64,000 nucleotides of DNA from the human T2T-CHM13v2.0 reference genome, Homo sapiens: NCBI RefSeq assembly GCF_009914755.1, contig NC_060948.1; one strand, written 5' to 3'. A program made the position numbers and the translations under genes. The stretch's first letter is position 1; every line of letters starts with the position of its first letter. Below are positions 57,424 to 64,000 of the stretch, piece by piece. Under the pieces are notes generated by a model. The model saw only the letters and a program-made list of their open reading frames with translations. It was not told where the DNA came from and made no database searches.

Positions 57424-57997
57424 AGATCCATATTTTTTAAATGAAAAAAAATTTCAAAGGTACTCTGCTTGGTACAATAATCAAATGTATAAACTGAGGA
57501 ATAAAACATAACCATGAAACCTACTTATAACTGCATATGGAAAATACAGAGGATAATTTTTTAAATAACATATTTTGAAAGCCTTAACTAGTAATTTGAA
57601 GAGTTGGCATTTGAAAGGCCAGTATGAATATACCTTCAAAGCAGCAACACAGGTTCCCCATGAGAAAAAGCAAACACAGGGAAAATAAAAACACAAAGGT
57701 TCAATCTCTTCTGACCTTTGAAAGACACAGCACAGACAGTGGTCCTTAGGACGAAGAGCAGGAGACCCCTAATTCCGTCACCATGGCGATAGGGCATAAA
57801 CATTGCTGGGTGAGGGCACAATCCACATTGTGAGGTCCAACTGCTGCCAGGAAGACAGGAGTGCTTTTACATAGACCGAAAGGTCATTGAAGGCTCAGAG
57901 TTTTGTTTCAAGAACTGAATCCCAAGCCCAAACGTTATTAGGCTGCGCTTCTTAAAACAAGTTATGAGATGGGAAAAAGGGCACCCACAAACATACG
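57424..57997 (-). repeat. HSATI-like subunit, unit 24
   Basis: Copy of 1789-2362. Confidence 0.8.
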
Positions 57998-59525
57998 TAT
58001 ACATTATGTATATAATAATATACAGTATCATATATATAATATGTATAACCTATGTATAATATTGTTTTACATCCTGCATCTTATGTTATATATATTGTAT
58101 AAAATATAATAATTGATAATATATAAGTTTTATATTTATACAATATGACATATAGTATATATTATAATTTATGACATATATAATATATGTTATATGTCAT
58201 ATGTAGAATATATTATACAGTTAATATACGTATTAAATATAAATTATACATTATATATATTATATATAATATATCTGTTATATATAATACCCATTATGCA
58301 TAATATATATATTATGTCTATGTTATATATAGTATAACACAACATATAATAATATATAATTGTATATATAAAATGCGACATATAATATATATTATATTTT
58401 ATAACATATGTAATATATATTATATATTATATATAATACGTTGTATGTATAATACCTATATTAAATATATATTATATGACTATGTTATTAATTACATGTC
58501 ACATGTGTTATATATTATATATTTTACATAGAATATACCGGTTACATACAATATATACTATGTTACCTATAATGTATAATTTATTACATGTAAAATAAAG
58601 AATGCAATATATTATGTATAATTTATAATATACCATATGTGGAATGTGATATATATAACATATAATATATGATATATGATATACAGTATATGATATATAA
58701 CATACAATATATGATTCCTAATATATATGGTATACAATATATATTTTATGATATGTATTCTATATGTTTTATATTCTGTTATATATAACTATTTGAAATT
58801 ATATATAACTGTATAATATTTTATGTAAATATGTAATATAATATATATAACTATATAATATATTATAGATAACTTTATATTATGTTATATATACTTTTAT
58901 AACATAATTTACATAAAATATCATAATATAATATATATTATATTATTTCATATTACATAATATATATTACATATCACCCAATATAACTAACATACATAAT
59001 ATTATAATATAGATTATATTGTGTTATATTAAATATCATATATATCATGTATCATATATTCTATAATATATATTACACATTATATAATATGTATGTTGTC
59101 TATTATGTGATATATATAACTATATATATAATTATATTTTTATACATATAACTAGATAAACATGTAATTCTACATATTTTCATTTAAAATATGTAGAATT
59201 ATATAATCATATATAATTATTTATATTCTATAAAAAATTTTATCATTATATAAATTATAATATATAAAAATTATATATACTACAAATATATATATTATAT
59301 ATCATATATGATATAGTACCTTTGTTATATATCATAATACATATAAATGTGTATTATGTTATCTATAATTATATAATTTCATATATAAGATGTATAATAT
59401 GTATCATATATTATATATGTTATGTAATATATATAGTATATATAAGATGACACAGGAAAAATATTATATACTATGACATATAAAATATATGAGGTTATAT
59501 GTTACATATAAGGCATAGCACATAA

Positions 59526-59840
<315 letters not shown>

Positions 59841-60414
59841 AGATCCATATTTTTTAAATGAAAAAAAATTTCAAAGGTACTCTGCTTGGTACAATAATCA
59901 AATGTATAAACTGAGGAATAAAACATAACCATGAAACCTACTTATAACTGCATATGGAAAATACAGAGGATAATTTTTTAAATAACATATTTTGAAAGCC
60001 TTAACTAGTAATTTGAAGAGTTGGCATTTGAAAGGCCAGTATGAATATACCTTCAAAGCAGCAACACAGGTTCCCCATGAGAAAAAGCAAACACAGGGAA
60101 AATAAAAACACAAAGGTTCAATCTCTTCTGACCTTTGAAAGACACAGCACAGACAGTGGTCCTTAGGACGAAGAGCAGGAGACCCCTAATTCCGTCACCA
60201 TGGCGATAGGGCATAAACATTGCTGGGTGAGGGCACAATCCACATTGTGAGGTCCAACTGCTGCCAGGAAGACAGGAGTGCTTTTACATAGACCGAAAGG
60301 TCATTGAAGGCTCAGAGTTTTGTTTCAAGAACTGAATCCCAAGCCCAAACGTTATTAGGCTGCGCTTCTTAAAACAAGTTATGAGATGGGAAAAAGGGCA
60401 CCCACAAACATACG
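59841..60414 (-). repeat. HSATI-like subunit, unit 25
   Basis: Copy of 1789-2362. Confidence 0.8.
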
Positions 60415-61941
60415 TATACATTATGTATATAATAATATACAGTATCATATATATAATATGTATAACCTATGTATAATATTGTTTTACATCCTGCATCTTA
60501 TGTTATATATATTGTATAAAATATAATAATTGATAATATATAAGTTTATATTTATACAATATGACATATAGTATATATTATAATTTATGACATATATAAT
60601 ATATGTTATATGTCATATGTAGAATATATTATACAGTTAATATACGTATTAAATATAAATTATACATTATATATATTATATATAATATATCTGTTATATA
60701 TAATACCCATTATGCATAATATATATATTATGTCTATGTTATATATAGTATAACACAACATATAATAATATATAATTGTATATATAAAATGCGACATATA
60801 ATATATATTATATTTTATAACATATGTAATATATATTATATATTATATATAATACGTTGTATGTATAATACCTATATTAAATATATATTATATGACTATG
60901 TTATTAATTACATGTCACATGTGTTATATATTATATATTTTACATAGAATATACCGGTTACATACAATATATACTATGTTACCTATAATGTATAATTTAT
61001 TACATGTAAAATAAAGAATGCAATATATTATGTATAATTTATAATATACCATATGTGGAATGTGATATATATAACATATAATATATGATATATGATATAC
61101 AGTATATGATATATAACATACAATATATGATTCCTAATATATATGGTATACAATATATATTTTATGATATGTATTCTATATGTTTTATATTCTGTTATAT
61201 ATAACTATTTGAAATTATATATAACTGTATAATATTTTATGTAAATATGTAATATAATATATATAACTATATAATATATTATAGATAACTTTATATTATG
61301 TTATATATACTTTTATAACATAATTTACATAAAATATCATAATATAATATATATTATATTATTTCATATTACATAATATATATTACATATCACCCAATAT
61401 AACTAACATACATAATATTATAATATAGATTATATTGTGTTATATTAAATATCATATATATCATGTATCATATATTCTATAATATATATTACACATTATA
61501 TAATATGTATGTTGTCTATTATGTGATATATATAACTATATATATAATTATATTTTTATACATATAACTAGATAAACATGTAATTCTACATATTTTCATT
61601 TAAAATATGTAGAATTATATAATCATATATAATTATTTATATTCTATAAAAAATTTTATCATTATATAAATTATAATATATAAAAATTATATATACTACA
61701 AATATATATATTATATATCATATATGATATAGTACCTTTGTTATATATCATAATACATATAAATGTGTATTATGTTATCTATAATTATATAATTTCATAT
61801 ATAAGATGTATAATATGTATCATATATTATATATGTTATGTAATATATATAGTATATATAAGATGACACAGGAAAAATATTATATACTATGACATATAAA
61901 ATATATGAGGTTATATGTTACATATAAGGCATAGCACATAA

Positions 61942-62256
<315 letters not shown>

Positions 62257-62830
62257 AGATCCATATTTTTTAAATGAAAAAAAATTTCAAAGGTACTCTG
62301 CTTGGTACAATAATCAAATGTATAAACTGAGGAATAAAACATAACCATGAAACCTACTTATAACTGCATATGGAAAATACAGAGGATAATTTTTTAAATA
62401 ACATATTTTGAAAGCCTTAACTAGTAATTTGAAGAGTTGGCATTTGAAAGGCCAGTATGAATATACCTTCAAAGCAGCAACACAGGTTCCCCATGAGAAA
62501 AAGCAAACACAGGGAAAATAAAAACACAAAGGTTCAATCTCTTCTGACCTTTGAAAGACACAGCACAGACAGTGGTCCTTAGGACGAAGAGCAGGAGACC
62601 CCTAATTCCGTCACCATGGCGATAGGGCATAAACATTGCTGGGTGAGGGCACAATCCACATTGTGAGGTCCAACTGCTGCCAGGAAGACAGGAGTGCTTT
62701 TACATAGACCGAAAGGTCATTGAAGGCTCAGAGTTTTGTTTCAAGAACTGAATCCCAAGCCCAAACGTTATTAGGCTGCGCTTCTTAAAACAAGTTATGA
62801 GATGGGAAAAAGGGCACCCACAAACATACG
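62257..62830 (-). repeat. HSATI-like subunit, unit 26
   Basis: Copy of 1789-2362. Confidence 0.8.
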
Positions 62831-64000
62831 TATACATTATGTATATAATAATATACAGTATCATATATATAATATGTATAACCTATGTATAATATTGTTT
62901 TACATCCTGCATCTTATGTTATATATATTGTATAAAATATAATAATTGATAATATATAAGTTTATATTTATACAATATGACATATAGTATATATTATAAT
63001 TTATGACATACATAATATATGTTATATGTCATATGTAGAATATATTATACGGTTAATATACGTATTAAATATAAATTATACATTATATATATTATATATA
63101 ATATATCTGTTATATATAATACCCATTATGCATAATATATATATTATGTCTATGTTATATATAGTATAAAACAACATATAATAATATATAATTGTATATA
63201 TAAAATGCGACATATAATATATATTATATTTTATAACATATGTAATATATATTATATATTACATATAATACGTTGTATGTATAATACCTATATTAAATAT
63301 ATATTATACGACTATGTTATTAATTACATGTCACATGTGTTATATATTATATATTTTACATAGAATATACCGGTTAAATACAATATATACTATGTTACCT
63401 ATAATGTATAATTTATTACATGTAAAATAAAGAATGCAATATATTATGTATAATTTATAATATACAATATGTGGAATGTGATATATATAACATATAATAT
63501 ATGATATATGATATACAGTATATGATATATAACATACAATATATGATTCCTAATATATATGGTATACAATATATATTTTATGATATGTATTCTATATGTT
63601 TTATATTCTGTTATATATAACTATTTGAAATTATATATAACTGTATAATATTTTATGTAAATATGTAATATAATATATATAACTATATAATATATTATAG
63701 ATAACTATATATTATGTTATATATACTTTTATAACATAATTTACATAAAATATCATAATATAATATATATTATATTATTTCATATTACATAATATATATT
63801 ACATATCACCCAATATAACTAACATACATAATATTATAATATAGATTATATTGTGTTATATTAAATATCATATATATCATGTATCATATATTCTATAATA
63901 TATATTGCACATTATATAATATGTATGTTGTCTATTATGTGATATATATAACTATATATATAATTATATTTTTATACATATAACTGGATAAACATGTAAT
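62831..64000. repeat. AT-rich subunit of partial unit 27 (runs off the window end)
   Basis: Colinear with positions 1-1112 from 62889 onward. Confidence 0.9.

Overview
The whole window is a head-to-tail tandem array of a ~2.42-kb composite primate satellite: 26 complete units plus a 1.1-kb partial, with periods of 2413-2422 bp and all units in one orientation. Each unit has ~1.55 kb of degenerate AT-rich (TA-like) simple sequence, a ~290-bp minus-strand, slightly 5'-truncated, heavily diverged Alu carrying a private 16-bp internal duplication, and a ~575-bp HSATI-like segment. This architecture, plus a predicted ~2.15-kb HaeIII fragment per unit, matches DYZ2 (HSat1B) of human Yq12 heterochromatin; related copies occur on acrocentric short arms, so the Y assignment is likely but not proven. 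I see no credible protein-coding gene, RNA gene, CRISPR or other novel genetic system: all listed ORFs are repeat-derived. The interesting signal is the array's internal history. It has two unit subfamilies in blocks (A-B-A), chimeric junction units, an isolated B-type patch inside the A block, and recent monomer, dimer and trimer duplications. One unit carries a complex mutation that looks like a template switch onto an inverted copy 151 bp away. All variant calls were made by eye and need an alignment to confirm.
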